A stretch of 64,000 nucleotides of DNA, taken from Candidatus Uhrbacteria bacterium. Its GTDB lineage: Bacteria > Patescibacteriota > Patescibacteriia > JACQRZ01. Positions within the stretch are counted from its first letter, which is position 1, and each line of letters opens with the position of its first letter. Shown piece after piece: positions 1 to 11,800 of the stretch. A program made the position numbers and the translations under genes. The stretch is from the NCBI GenBank assembly GCA_016206175.1, contig JACQSB010000019.1:7079-71078 (forward strand), read 5' to 3'. Under the pieces are notes generated by a model that was not told the origin of the DNA, made no database searches, and saw only the letters and a program-made list of their open reading frames with translations.

Positions 1-531
1 CATGTTTTGCAATCCTGCTATGATGTCGTCGGAATGAAGACGGGAATAATCCGGAAGATCAATAACTCCGGAAACTCCGAGATGGCGAAGGAATTGGAAT
101 GAAAGCCGATATGATTTTTCATCGCTTTCTTTCATCTGTTCTTCGTCTACAAGGCCGCGAATCAAAAGATTCCGTAATGCCAAACTGCAATTTACGCCGC
201 GAATCTTTTCTATCTCGGACTTCGCAACGGGACCCCGATAGGCAACCACCGATAGTGTTTCAAGAGCCGGTCGCGTCAGTTCACCAATTGACTCTTCCTG
301 TAAATATGTTTGTACGACGTTGGCTGCTGACGGGTGCGATACTAACTGATATTCACCGTCATTATGGAGAAGAAGGATACCTCGATCGGCCGTCCGATAT
401 GACTCATACAACTCATCAAGGGCCTGACGCACCTCTTTGAGAGGTTTGCCGGATATTGCCACAAGTTTCTGCGCTGTTAAAGGTTTTTGCGATACAAACA
501 AAATACTTTCAAGCAATGCTTGGATGGTCAT
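1..531 (-). CDS. scpB: Segregation and condensation protein B (ScpB), C-terminal end cut by the window edge
   Basis: Not in the ORF track because it is open at the left edge. Reverse-strand ATG at 531..529, in frame to position 1 (177 codons). Translation MTIQALLESILFVSQKPLTAQKLVAISG...ELTRPALETLSVVAYRGPVAKSEIEKIRGVNCSLALRNLLIRGLV fits the ScpB winged-helix pattern. Confidence 0.8.
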   Translation of the reverse strand, partial: MTIQALLESILFVSQKPLTAQKLVAISGKPLKEVRQALDELYESYRTADRGILLLHNDGEYQLVSHPSAANVVQTYLQEESIGELTRPALETLSVVAYRGPVAKSEIEKIRGVNCSLALRNLLIRGLVDEEQMKESDEKSYRLSFQFLRHLGVSGVIDLPDYSRLHSDDIIAGLQNM

Positions 532-560
532 ATGAATCCATGCTAGCAAATATCTTCCCA

Positions 561-601
561 AATGAAAAGCCCCGTAGCAAACCGTAAGGTTCTGCTACGG
601 G
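561..601 (-). terminator. Intrinsic terminator downstream of ftsZ
   Basis: 9-bp stem cccgtagca (571-579) / tgctacggg (593-601), 13-nt loop. On the minus strand it is followed by GCTTTTCATTT. Confidence 0.6.
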
Positions 602-626
602 TGCACCTACCGCTCTTTTTCTGCGC

Positions 627-1799
627 TTAACTCATTTTCTTCCGAATGAAAGCCGGAACGTCGATCTCGTCTCCGTTTTGCTCTTCCGTATCTTCCTCAA
701 ATCCTCTGGCCTGGCCCGGCAGGTCCTTTGCGGGAGATTTCATGCCTACCGATCTCGTCACAGGCTGGCCAAAAATCGATGAACTGGAATTAAATGGTTG
801 GCGCTCGCCAAATGACTTTTCAAATGGGGCTTTCGAAACTATTTTTTCGCGTTCGGAGAAGCCGGTCGCGATAACAGTGATGCGAATCTCATCGCCGATA
901 TTTTCGTCGATAACGGCACCGAATATCACCTTTGCATCAGGATCAGTCGCAGAAGTAATGATCTTGGCCGCTTCGTTAATTTCAAGCATCGCAAGGTCCG
1001 GACCGCCGGTGATAGTGAAAAGCACGCCTTTCGCCCCTTCGATCGAAAGTTCAAGAAGTGGGCTCGAGATGGCGAGTTTTGCAGCCTCAACGGCACGATT
1101 ATCTCCGCTCGCAACTCCAATACCCATCAAGGCGGAACCGGCTCCCTTCATGATTGCTTTTACATCGGCGAAATCAACATTGACTAAGCCGGGTACGGTA
1201 ATCAACTCAGAAATGCCGCGCACACCCTGCTGGAGCACTTCATCAACAATTTCAAATGCCTCCATGATTGAAGTCTTTTTGTCTACAATCTGTAACACCT
1301 TATCGTTTGGAATGGTGATAATTGCATCAACTTTTGATGCAAGCTCATCCCATCCTTTTTCAGCGATCATGCGACGAGCAGAGCCCTCAAAGGAAAAAGG
1401 TTTTGTCACAACCGCTATGGTGAGAGCGCCAACATCTTTTGCCAAATCTGCAACAACAGGAGCTGCGCCGGTACCGGTTCCGCCTCCGAGCCCACAGGTG
1501 ATAAATACCATATCGCTATCTGCCAGTGAATCACGAATCTCATTTTGATTTTCTTCCGCTGATTTCTGCCCCATCTGCGGATCCATGCCGGCACCGAGTC
1601 CTTTTGTCACGCTTTTACCTATCTGTATCTTTGTTGCCGCTTGCGAATGATGCAGCGCCTGCACATCCGTATTCGCTGCCAGGAATTCAACGCCGCGAAT
1701 CTTTCCGGCAACCATGCGATTTACCGCTGAACCGCCGCTGCCGCCGACTCCAACAACTTTGATTTTTGCAAATGTTTCAATTGATGGTTTCACTTCCAT
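627..1799 (-). CDS. ftsZ: Cell division protein FtsZ
   Basis: 390 aa. GVGGSGGSAVNRM and the tubulin signature GLGGGTGTGAAPVVA, with an acidic/basic C-terminal tail ending DVPAFIRKK. Confidence 0.97.
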   Translation of the reverse strand: MEVKPSIETFAKIKVVGVGGSGGSAVNRMVAGKIRGVEFLAANTDVQALHHSQAATKIQIGKSVTKGLGAGMDPQMGQKSAEENQNEIRDSLADSDMVFITCGLGGGTGTGAAPVVADLAKDVGALTIAVVTKPFSFEGSARRMIAEKGWDELASKVDAIITIPNDKVLQIVDKKTSIMEAFEIVDEVLQQGVRGISELITVPGLVNVDFADVKAIMKGAGSALMGIGVASGDNRAVEAAKLAISSPLLELSIEGAKGVLFTITGGPDLAMLEINEAAKIITSATDPDAKVIFGAVIDENIGDEIRITVIATGFSEREKIVSKAPFEKSFGERQPFNSSSSIFGQPVTRSVGMKSPAKDLPGQARGFEEDTEEQNGDEIDVPAFIRKKMS

Positions 1800-1887
1800 A
1801 AATGACTATGGTTATGCTTTAGTCTAAAAAGAAACGCGATGAATCATCTCGTGACTCACCGCGCTCAATAGTATCACCGGAAAATGC

Positions 1888-3138
1888 CTAAGGCAAGAGT
1901 GACTTGAATAATTTTTTTACTCGGCTTCTAATATCAAAAGTTGTTTCCATGGAAAGAAAAGACCGATTACCATGATGACGCTGCTGATGCATGATAAGTC
2001 CCCAGTTTGCGATGCTCATTCCCGTAATAAACGTCTGATCCTGCACTCGGTCAATCACATTTATGACGTTCCGCAACGTTGCGTATGCAACAGGCAATTT
2101 GAGCCGTTTTTTCGCAATATCCACAATACCGCTTAATTTTGACCCGCCGCCCGTTAGTATTGCACCACCGGGCAAAATCCCGCTTCTCCCAATTCTTTTT
2201 AACTCATGTTCAATTTTATCAAATATCTCCTCAACTCGCGCTTCGATAATCTGATGGACGTATTTTGCTGAAACGCTCCCCTCCTCCATTGCATCAAATT
2301 CCGACAAATTGATATCGCCTTTTTTGGGAGTTTCTCGCGCCAATAATTCGCCATACTCGAGTTTGATCTTTTCGGCAAGCTCAATGGAGATCCGCAACCC
2401 GATTGCGATATCGGATGTGATATGGTCTGACCCCATGGGAATCACTGCGGTATGCAACACTTCCCCTTCTTCATAAACAATCATGCTAGTCGTCGCAGCC
2501 CCGATATTTATCAAAACAACGCCGAGCTCTTTTTGTTTATTCGTCAATACCGCCTCTCCGGTAGCAAGTATTGAAAAAACCAAATCTTCAATTTCAAGAT
2601 TCGTACGATAAATACATTTGGTAAAATTGCGTATTTCCGCCGCAAAACCTTGTATTACAAGCGCGTCAACTTCGAGCCTGCTCCCGGTCATTCCGATAGG
2701 ATCTTTCGTTGATATCTGTCCGTCAATAATCGAGCTGCGTGGGATGACATGCAAAATCTCATGGTTTGGCGGAGTTGCTATGGTCCGCGCCGAATCCAGA
2801 GCACGCTCAACATCAGACTTTGATATCTCTCCATTTACCTTGCCAACTGCAATAATACCTCGACATGCCTGAGATACGATATGGATTCCGGATATTCCGA
2901 TCCATGCCGACTCAATCGGAATGCCGCTCATCCGCTCCGCCTTTTCCAGACAGGCACTTATCGATGCTGCAGCATCATCAATACTCGTAATTGATCCTTT
3001 ATTTACACCTTCTGCGGGATGCTCTGCTGCGCCAATGACTTGCAATTTTTTTTCCGTTCCTTCCTCAAAAATCTGACATACAACGGCGCGTATCGCACTG
3101 GAGCCGACGTCAAGTCCCGTTATGGTAGTATCTTTCAT
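1888..3138 (-). CDS. ftsA: Cell division protein FtsA (actin-like ATPase)
   Basis: GLDVGSSAIRAVV phosphate-1 motif, INIGAATTSMIVY, LTGGGSKLSGI. Sits directly upstream of ftsZ. I prefer the internal ATG at 3138 (MKDTTITGLDVG) over the track start at 3180. Confidence 0.92.
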   Translation of the reverse strand: MKDTTITGLDVGSSAIRAVVCQIFEEGTEKKLQVIGAAEHPAEGVNKGSITSIDDAAASISACLEKAERMSGIPIESAWIGISGIHIVSQACRGIIAVGKVNGEISKSDVERALDSARTIATPPNHEILHVIPRSSIIDGQISTKDPIGMTGSRLEVDALVIQGFAAEIRNFTKCIYRTNLEIEDLVFSILATGEAVLTNKQKELGVVLINIGAATTSMIVYEEGEVLHTAVIPMGSDHITSDIAIGLRISIELAEKIKLEYGELLARETPKKGDINLSEFDAMEEGSVSAKYVHQIIEARVEEIFDKIEHELKRIGRSGILPGGAILTGGGSKLSGIVDIAKKRLKLPVAYATLRNVINVIDRVQDQTFITGMSIANWGLIMHQQRHHGNRSFLSMETTFDIRSRVKKLFKSLLP

Positions 3139-3176
3139 AAAATTACTTTTCCGTGTTATCAACAGTATACTAAATA

Positions 3177-3548
3177 TCAACCAAAAGCAAAAGAGAGCAA
3201 TCGTGGCAAAAAGAGAATCGATCCGATCGCAAGCGAGCAGAATGCCAAGATGAGAACTGCGGCGCTTGATAAGTCTTTCATGTGCCGCACCAGAGGGGAA
3301 ACACGAGGCTTCATGCCATCAATAATCCTCTCCAAAACGCTGTTAAATATCTCTGCTGTCAGAACAGCTCCGATCGTAAGAGATAACACAGCCCATTCAA
3401 CGGAAGTAATCTGAAAGGCAAATGCTAGTATCACTATGCCAATCCCTGCACCAACTTGGATACGAAAATTCTGCTCTTCGCGAAAAGCGATTGCCAATCC
3501 GCGAAATGCAGACTGGATGCTACGATAGAGGCGTAGTGCGGCGTGCAT
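3177..3548 (-). CDS. dgkA: Diacylglycerol kinase family membrane protein (DgkA-like)
   Basis: 123 aa, 3 TM segments. EQNFRIQ...TAEIFNSVLERIID resembles the prokaryotic DAGK E..N(S/T)A(I/L)E motif. Confidence 0.8.
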   Translation of the reverse strand: MHAALRLYRSIQSAFRGLAIAFREEQNFRIQVGAGIGIVILAFAFQITSVEWAVLSLTIGAVLTAEIFNSVLERIIDGMKPRVSPLVRHMKDLSSAAVLILAFCSLAIGSILFLPRLLSFAFG

Positions 3549-3552
3549 ATCA

Positions 3553-4005
3553 TTAGTGTGATCGAGTGTTTGAAAGAATCTTTGATGATAAAAGATTCAT
3601 GCGCCGGCGATCACTGGAAGTCATGTGGTCATACCCTTGCAGGTGCAATATGCCATGAACTATCACGCGAGCATATTCAGAAACTCGCGTTGACCCGTAA
3701 CGCGGAGCCTGCGCTCCGATTTGCTCGGGACAAAGGTAAAGCTCACCTTCTGAACGCTTGCCTGTCATATCAGCCGGATAGGTAAAAGAGAGCACATCCG
3801 TCATACGGTCTTGGCTGTGATAGATTCTGTTAATCTCGCGCATCCTTTTTCGATCAACAAATAGTACCGACACCTCCATTGGCACCCATGCTGGACAAAC
3901 GGCACGAGCACGACGCATTATGGTCTGATACCATCGCGATGTTTGGAACTGCCGCGGTATCAATGGTTTGCATGATAAACCGCACTCAATTCGTATTGTA
4001 ATCAT
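3553..4005 (-). CDS. ybeY: rRNA maturation endoribonuclease YbeY
   Basis: 150 aa with the zinc-binding motif HGILHLQGYDH. Confidence 0.9.
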   Translation of the reverse strand: MITIRIECGLSCKPLIPRQFQTSRWYQTIMRRARAVCPAWVPMEVSVLFVDRKRMREINRIYHSQDRMTDVLSFTYPADMTGKRSEGELYLCPEQIGAQAPRYGSTRVSEYARVIVHGILHLQGYDHMTSSDRRRMNLLSSKILSNTRSH

Positions 4006-5054
4006 CGCACAAAAGAGAGGTCGGTAAACACGAAACTTCGCAGCATCATACGGAATGTGGTCAAAAATTGCGGCTGCGCGCTCGTATCCTGATTATAGAG
4101 AAAGGAATAGACGTACGGAGCTATTACCACCCCTGTCTCGTCAGTTTTTACGAGATATGCTGATAGGCCATCAGGAGCCATCACCCCCGTCCAGTTATTA
4201 AAAGAAAGGGTCTGCAGCTGCGATGAATCTGCGCTTGGGTCAACAAGTGCGATATACCAATCAATGGCACCAAGGGATTGGGGATTGTCCTGAACTTTTA
4301 CCGAAATAAATTCACCAAGCGCCGAACTAATGACAACCTCCTTATCGGATTCATTGACAGCTCGTGATGACCATGACGACGGGTAATAGAGTGAATACGA
4401 AAATGTAGGATTTGTATACGGCGTTACCCTGCCGGAGATTTCAAGACGCGCACCATCAGGCCGTAGCGGATCAAATAGGTGTTCAACTTCTTCACCATCG
4501 GTAAAACCATCTCCGTCGGTGTCCTGGATCTGGCTATTCGTATTGTAAAGGCGCTCCTCCGTATCCGTAAGCCCGTCTTTATCGCTGTCAATGGCAGGAA
4601 TTGAAGGCAATTTTACACCGGTTTCCCCTTCCGCTGGTTGCTCCGCAATAGGCTCTTCAGGGGTTGGTTCTTGCGATCCCTGATCGGAAGCTACAGCTTC
4701 TGTTGTTGTGGCTGCCGTTGTTGTTGCAGTCGTTTCTTCTGATACCGTTTGTTCTTCAGCGGGCTTTTGCGGCTCCTCGCTGACAGGCTGCTGTTGTTCA
4801 ACTGGTTTCTGCTCTATGGAAGGCTCATTCTTTTGTGGAGTGGAAAAAACAAAAAACAATACCCCTCCGGTAGCTGCAAGGAGTAGAACGATGAGCGCAA
4901 CGATAATGATAGGCTTGGAATTGGATTTCGGCGCGCCGCGGCGGAATTTCTCCGGCATAGTATACACCACCGCATCGATCGTCGGAGGAGTCTTTGCCGG
5001 CTGGCGGGATGACTCTTCTTTTGTCGCCAATTCTTCTTCTATCAAATCAAACAT
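4002..5054 (-). CDS. Membrane-anchored protein with thrombospondin type-3-like Ca-binding repeats and an unknown C-terminal domain
   Basis: 350 aa. One TM segment (PIIIVALIVLLLAATGGVLFFVF), a Pro/Glu/Thr-rich linker, DSDKDGLTDTEE and DTDGDGFTDGEE (DxDxDGxxDxxE) repeats, then about 150 aa of unknown sequence. Confidence 0.75.
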   Translation of the reverse strand: MFDLIEEELATKEESSRQPAKTPPTIDAVVYTMPEKFRRGAPKSNSKPIIIVALIVLLLAATGGVLFFVFSTPQKNEPSIEQKPVEQQQPVSEEPQKPAEEQTVSEETTATTTAATTTEAVASDQGSQEPTPEEPIAEQPAEGETGVKLPSIPAIDSDKDGLTDTEERLYNTNSQIQDTDGDGFTDGEEVEHLFDPLRPDGARLEISGRVTPYTNPTFSYSLYYPSSWSSRAVNESDKEVVISSALGEFISVKVQDNPQSLGAIDWYIALVDPSADSSQLQTLSFNNWTGVMAPDGLSAYLVKTDETGVVIAPYVYSFLYNQDTSAQPQFLTTFRMMLRSFVFTDLSFVR

Positions 5055-5071
5055 AGCAAATGGGTCTAATA

Positions 5072-5791
5072 CTATGGAAGCGTTGCGGGCAGTTTACCGC
5101 TGCCATTCGGATCGTATCCGTTGCGCACCTCTTCGCCATCCAAAAAACCGTCTCCATCGCTATCTGCATTCGACGGATTGGTTGCATATACTTGCAATTC
5201 TTCCCTATCACTTAACCCGTCACCATCCGTATCAAATAGATTTGGGTCTGTTTTATATTTCGCTTCGTCTTCATCAGAAAGACCGTCCCCATCAGTATCT
5301 GCTGCGACTGGTGTTGTATCTTGTCTTTGTTCAGCTGCCGTTCCAGATGCATCTTCACCAGTTGGAAGGGCTGCCGGATTTTCAGACAGGGGCTGTTCTT
5401 CTGTTGGTTGAACTTCTTCTTTTGTGGGTTCTTCGCTAAATTTTGGTATCTCTTGCTTTTCTGAAGGCGCAGGAAATACGTTGCCTGTCGGCGCTGCTTC
5501 CTGCTTGGGCTTAAGCAAAAAAACCAAGCTTATACCGCCGCCGATTACGAGCACTAATACAATGATTCCAATCAAGGCAAGGATCATATGCTTCTTGCCA
5601 GCATGAGGAACAACATCTTCATATTCTTCCATTGTTTGCTCTCCTCCTGACTCTGCTGCAGGCATCTCCCCCATGGGAACCGATGTATCCGGCGTTGCTG
5701 CTTCAGTCCCCTCTTGTGCAAACATATCAACAGGCTCATTGGACGCCTGCTCTTCTGACGCCATTTCTTCTGGTTTTTTTTCTTCAAACAT
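5072..5791 (-). CDS. Membrane-anchored protein with three thrombospondin type-3-like Ca-binding repeats
   Basis: 239 aa. Acidic N-terminus, one TM segment (ILALIGIIVLVLVIGGGISLVFLL), then DTDGDGLSDEDE, DTDGDGLSDREE and DSDGDGFLDGEE. Confidence 0.75.
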   Translation of the reverse strand: MFEEKKPEEMASEEQASNEPVDMFAQEGTEAATPDTSVPMGEMPAAESGGEQTMEEYEDVVPHAGKKHMILALIGIIVLVLVIGGGISLVFLLKPKQEAAPTGNVFPAPSEKQEIPKFSEEPTKEEVQPTEEQPLSENPAALPTGEDASGTAAEQRQDTTPVAADTDGDGLSDEDEAKYKTDPNLFDTDGDGLSDREELQVYATNPSNADSDGDGFLDGEEVRNGYDPNGSGKLPATLP

Positions 5792-5880
5792 ATAAATACA
5801 AAATATGAGTGATGGGCCACTTTGTTATAGTATACCACATACATTGTTTCTTGTCTTGTGCGTAAAGCAAAATAAAAATG

Positions 5881-8800
5881 CTACTTATTAAAGTCATTAT
5901 CAGTGACAGTAGTGAGTGTTGATGTTGCTGATACTATCTGCACTGCAGCACACTGCCTTCGAAGCTTTGAGTCGGAGAAGAGCGGGTATTCATACACTCC
6001 GCAAAGTTCGTATTTCTCTTTTGCCGATGCCGTGGCGGGCACATTGATATACCCATAAGCAAATAATTTCTTCTCGACAAGCTTATCTTTTACATTATCA
6101 CCGAGTGCTATAACCGGAGGAGTTGTCGTACTCTGTTGCGGATCAAGCGGCATGGAAGCGCGGAGCTCTTTGCCGAGTTCCTGCGTCCACGAAGGCCAGC
6201 CGGAAACCGACTGGCTGCGAGTATAGCTCCCGGCCAAAAGCGCTGGATAACAGGTCGGATCACAGTGCGTGCGAACACGATACTGCTCCAGTTGATCGTG
6301 GATAAAGCTCATATGTGCCAATCGCTGGAAATCGCGCCGCAACGCTTTGGCGGCATCGGCATCAGTCTGGATTGTCGCCAACTGAATGGTACGCATCATC
6401 TCCGTAAATATGGTGCGTGTCTGTGCTTGCGGATTTGCGCTTGTTGTGAGATTTAAGATCCGATACGATGCAATTGATTTGTTTGATGCATGAAGGGTCG
6501 GCACGCTGATGTAGTATCCGGTCGAATCCTGCACTGCAGGAAAACCATTGATTACGGTGCTTGATGGCCGCTGTTTTGGATTAACTCTATTGTTCGCATA
6601 CCAGACATCCGGCGCAAGTTTGCTGGGATTATCATACACGCGCATGACGATAAGATCACTCGAAGTGCTAAACCGATAAAAATATTCTTCCAGCGGAGTT
6701 ACCGATCCCGTAGAAACCCGATCCTTGACAGATGTGGGGTCAGGCAGAAGAGCAGGCAGCGTGCCTGATTTTTTCGCCACACAGTAGGAAAGCCGGTATT
6801 GATATTTTCCTGAGGGATCGGTTGCTGTTCCTGAAGTTTGCCAGAGCTGAAAACAATCCTTCAAGGTGCACTGTTTGGCATCCCCTGGTGAAAAACATTG
6901 ATCCGAAGTCCATACTCCTGACGATATGTCGCACTGCTCCCCACCATCTACTTGACCATTGCCACAGTTGGTGGTTGGGGTGATTATCGGTTTTAATACA
7001 TCATTTACAAGCACAATCTTTGCTTGCTGGACCGTGCCGGCAAGCGGCAGTACGTATGCCGTAAGGGTGGCGCTGCCGGGTTGATTGGTATTTTCAATAA
7101 CGACAGTTGTCTCTTTGCCGGCACTGCCAACTTTTCTGACCTCACGAAATGCCGAACTATCGCTCAATTCCCAACGCACCTGCCGAATATCGCCATCCCC
7201 GAACAATGAATTATTTTGCGCGTGTATTCGGAGCGAATAACGATGCTGATTGCCTGCTCGGCTGCCAGCAGCCCCCTTGTCAGTATCATCTTCGCAACTA
7301 TCCGCTGTGCAGGAAAAACGATCAATGTCGATCGGCCGACCGTTGCTGTCGATGATAACTTTTTCGAAAATATTCGGATTGCCCTGCTTGTCCGGCGCAC
7401 CAACACACTGAATGGGATTACCGCCTGACGCGGTGCATGATTGATAGGGATGTTTATTCTCGATAGGAAGTGTAGCCGAACCTACGATGCCATCAGCCCA
7501 TGCGGTGACAATGCCAGTGCCGGTCGAGGTTGCTGATGCATCAAGCAAGGTTTGTATGGTAATGCGCTTCGCGCCAGAAGTTGCTGACAGGCGGTAGAGG
7601 TTATTCTTGTCCACTTTCCAATGCACGCGCGAGTCAGCAATCGTAAGAATATTTCCTTGGGAATCCTTCGCTTCGAACTCAAGCGCATGCTGATTGTCTT
7701 GGCCGCTTGAGATCGAATCATCAGTACATGCATTCCCTATGCAGCCAAAAGCATCCTGAGAAAGAAATTGCCCGTTTGATTTAATCCTCATGGAGCGAAT
7801 CTGTAATATCGATAATATATTCTCTACATTTATCTGCGCAGTAACTGTTTCTGCGGCTGCTCCGCCAACCGGTTTTAATGTTATACTTGCTGTCAACGTT
7901 GCGGGTGATGTTGTATTCACTTCGCTATTCGTCAAATATACCTCGGCATCTTTTGGCAAGAGCGTTCCTGCATTATCGGCTGTACGAGTAAGGGTGAAGG
8001 GTGAACCAGCGGAAAGCGCCCATTCAATCTTTTCAACGGCATTGAGGGAAATAAAACTGTTGTCTTTGCTGTGAAGGCGCAATGAGTATTTTCTCTGATT
8101 GCCGACAAATCGTGAGCTCTTATCGTTCGGGCAGGTATCACCAAAACAACCAAAGCGGTCAGTATCAACCGGCCTGCCATTCGCATCTATCACAGCAACT
8201 GATGAGGCTCCCGGCGATACGGATGGACCGCCTTCGCAATCAGAGCCGCTACCCAAACAAGTGGCACGAGGATGCTTGTTGTATATCGGAAGGTCAGCTG
8301 CCACTGTTCCGGTTGCGTTCGCAAGTGCGAGCCGTAGCTGCCCACTACCGGCAGAATCAGCATTCGTAAGCTGTATGGTTCTTCCTGCGCCTGATAGGCG
8401 CATTGCGGTTGTGGTAGCTGTAAGCTCCCATGTAATATCCCCGTCAGGGACAGTAACAGCTTTTCCGTCTGCATCGTAAAACTCTGCTGTGATGCGATGC
8501 TGGTTGCCGAACAAGGAGGTATTGAAATCATCCGCGCAAAAATTGCCGATACAGCCAAAAGCATCTGACGGCAGATAGTCGCCATTAGTTGATAGTTTGA
8601 TAGCAGAAATGGTGCGGATCGTGGCACCTGCACCGCAACTTGATGCGTTTGTGCCACATGTGTTCACGTCTTGGCATGATCCATTAACGAATTCTTTATG
8701 CGGCTTTGACTGTCCTGCTGAGCAACCGCCACCGCAACTTGATGCGTTTGTGCCACATGTGTTCACGTCTTGGCATGATCCATTAACGAATTCTTTATGC

Positions 8801-11800
8801 GGCTTTGACTGTCCTGCTGAGCAACCGCCACCTCCCGGATTCACTGTCACGATCACCTGCTGTCGTGCTGTTTCATTTTGCAATCCGGTTACTGTGACGA
8901 CAACCGTGGAGGTGCCGGCCTGATTTTTTGCCGTCACTTGGGTTGTAGCAGCGGACAATGAACTCACATCAACGACTGCTGTGGACGTTGCCGTCGGTCG
9001 GAGAGCAAGCCACTCTATCTTTGATGGCGATACTTCGATGTTATCCGCAGTATATGCCTTTAGGCGATAAAGATGCTGATTGCCGGTGCTCGACGCATTT
9101 TGATCATCGGCGCAACCGCTTGGAGTGACACAAGTGAATAAATCAGTAGTGGTGGCTACCGATGACGCGTTAATAAAAATCTCAACCCGTGTTATTCTGC
9201 CGACATCGGACGGTGGAGTTACGGGACCATCAGGCTTTTTGAGGCGAATTGATTTTTGACATTGCTCTCCAAACCATGCATTGCCTTCCTTCATTTGTAA
9301 CGTGAGATTGGCAGTGCCTTGTGAAGTAGGTGTATAAGGACGAACGCCAAATGTAATGCTGTCTCCCGGAGGAACCGTCCGCGACAGCGGTATCATATCA
9401 AGCTCAGGAAATTTGATTGAGCCGGATGAACGCAAAGCAAACATATGCGTAGCGGGATTCCATGTCTTTGTGCCGGCGTTTCTGAGAGAAAACTCTAGCA
9501 AGAAATCTTTATCTTCACTACTGATGAGCGGAAGCTCTTGCGCACGGCAGGCATTCGTACAAGCATTGATATTATCACGATCACCGTCATCGCATTGTTC
9601 CGACCCCTCTTTGATCCCGTTGCCGCATATGCCTTTATTGAACTTGCAATCCGTGCGACATTGATCAGCATTGGAGCGGTTGCCGTCATCGCATTGCTCT
9701 CCCGTTTCCACCGTACCGTTGCCGCAATAGGGTGCTGACGCATCGCGCAACATGCAATCATTCCGGCAGAGATTGGTATCAATCCGATCACCGTCGTCGC
9801 ATTGTTCCGATCCCTCTTTTGCTCCGTTGCCGCAATTTCCCGTATTCCATTTACAGTCATTCCGGCAGGTGTCTGTGGTAATAAAATTACCGTCGTCGCA
9901 TTGTTCGCCGATTGAAGATTCTACTGTTTTATTACCGCACCACGGAGTTTCTTGAGTTGCGTTGACGATGTTACATGTGTTTGTGCACGCATTGATATTC
10001 ACGTGATCACCGTCGTCGCATTGTTCGCCGGCTTCGATTACGCCATTGCCGCATGATCCTGGATTTGCGCGGCAAGAATTGGAGCAAGCATCATTATCGG
10101 TTGTATTTCCGTCGTCGCACTGCTCGCCGGTATCACGAATCCCATTGCCGCACAGAGAGGTTGGACGCGTACACGTCTTGCTGCATCCATCTCCGCTGAC
10201 ACGATTTCCGTCATCGCATTGTTCGCTGGTATCAAGCATGCCATTGCCGCAGTATCCTACGTCAATGGTGCAATCCGGACGACACCGCTCGCCCGAAAGC
10301 ATGTCAGATCCATCGCACTGCTCGCCTGTTTCTTTCACTCCATTGCCGCAATACGGCTGCGACGTATCGCGTAATGTACAATCATTCCGGCAGAAATTAG
10401 CATCAATTTTGTCGCCGTCGTCGCATTGTTCATCCCCTTCCCGTATCCCATCGCCACAAAATGGCTGTGAAGACGTAATTGTGCAAACTGCATCATTGAT
10501 AAATTGCGGCTGCAGGTCCACTGATGCCATACACATTTCACCGACAGGCATATCTCCCTCCATCAGCTGCCAGTTGAGCGCTTTTTTGCCGGTCACAGCA
10601 GGCGCAATAAGAGACACGTTCAGCTCGATAAACTCTCCCGGGGTAACTGTCTGCTTTGTTGAAGGAAATGTGATCGTGCTCTTTGACCAAAATGTGTTAT
10701 CGAGCGGGGATTGGGAGCGGACCGCAAAGGGCGGCGCGCTGGTGGCGTTCCATGATTTTGTTCCGGTATTTTCCAAACGGATGCGGGCAGTAAAAGGACT
10801 GCCTGTTGCCAGTTGAGCTCCAGATAATCGGATTGTTTGCGGAGCATTGATCGAACATCGCGCATTGTGCGCGGACACTACCCGCACGGTACAATTATTC
10901 ATACATTGATCCGAATCTATCCGATCTCCATCATCGCACTGCTCGCCTGCCTCTTGGATCCCATTGCCACAAAAGCTTTCGTTCGGCGCGCACGAATTTG
11001 TGCATGCGTTGGTATTGATTCTGTCACCGTCGTCGCACTGCTCCGATCCCTCTTTTGCTCCGTTGCCGCAGACGGGTGACTTTGAGCTTCCTGAACAATC
11101 GTTCTTGCAAGCGTCGTCGTTATTCTTATTCCCGTCGTCGCACTGCTCACCCTTCTCCACTTTGCCATTGCCGCAGACGGTCGGCGAAGTATTCAGCGTG
11201 CAATCGTTCTTGCATTCATTGGTTGTAATGCGATCACCGTCATCGCATTGTTCCGATCCCTCTTTTGCTCCGTTGCCGCAGAAGCCTGCGTTTGGCGTAC
11301 AATCGTTTTTACAAGCGTTGCTGTTATCGGGATCACCGTCATCGCATTGTTCCGATCCCTCTTTTGCTCCGTTGCCGCAGAAGCCGGGATTGCCGGCACA
11401 ATCGTTGCGGCAGGCATCGGTATTAACTGCATTACCGTCGTCGCATTGTTCCAAACCTTCTACAACAGAATTGCCGCAACGCGGACCAGTTCGATTGAAC
11501 GTACAATCATTCAAGCATACATTACTATTGACTCTGTCGCCGTCGTCGCACTGCTCTGTCCCTTCTTTCGTTCCGTTGCCGCAGAGTCCCGAACGAGGCG
11601 TACAGTTGTTGCGGCAGGCGTTCGCATCGTTTGTATCGCCGTCGTCGCACTGCTCTGTCCCTTCTTTTATGCCATTGCCGCAAAAACCGGAATTGTTGGT
11701 ACAATCGTTACGGCAAGCGTCGGTATGAACTGAATTACCGTCGTCGCATTGCTCAGGATCTTCACGTACATTATTTCGACAAACGGGTCCGCCTGGCGTG

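Noticed and set aside
99-440. 113-aa plus-strand ORF at the left edge.
   Set aside because: It lies antisense to a much better minus-strand reading frame with clear ScpB motifs that runs from 531 to the window edge. The plus ORF has no motif or RBS.
646-1548. 300-aa plus-strand ORF.
   Set aside because: It is fully antisense to ftsZ. The Ser/Pro-rich low-complexity translation is typical of the mirror frame of a highly expressed gene.
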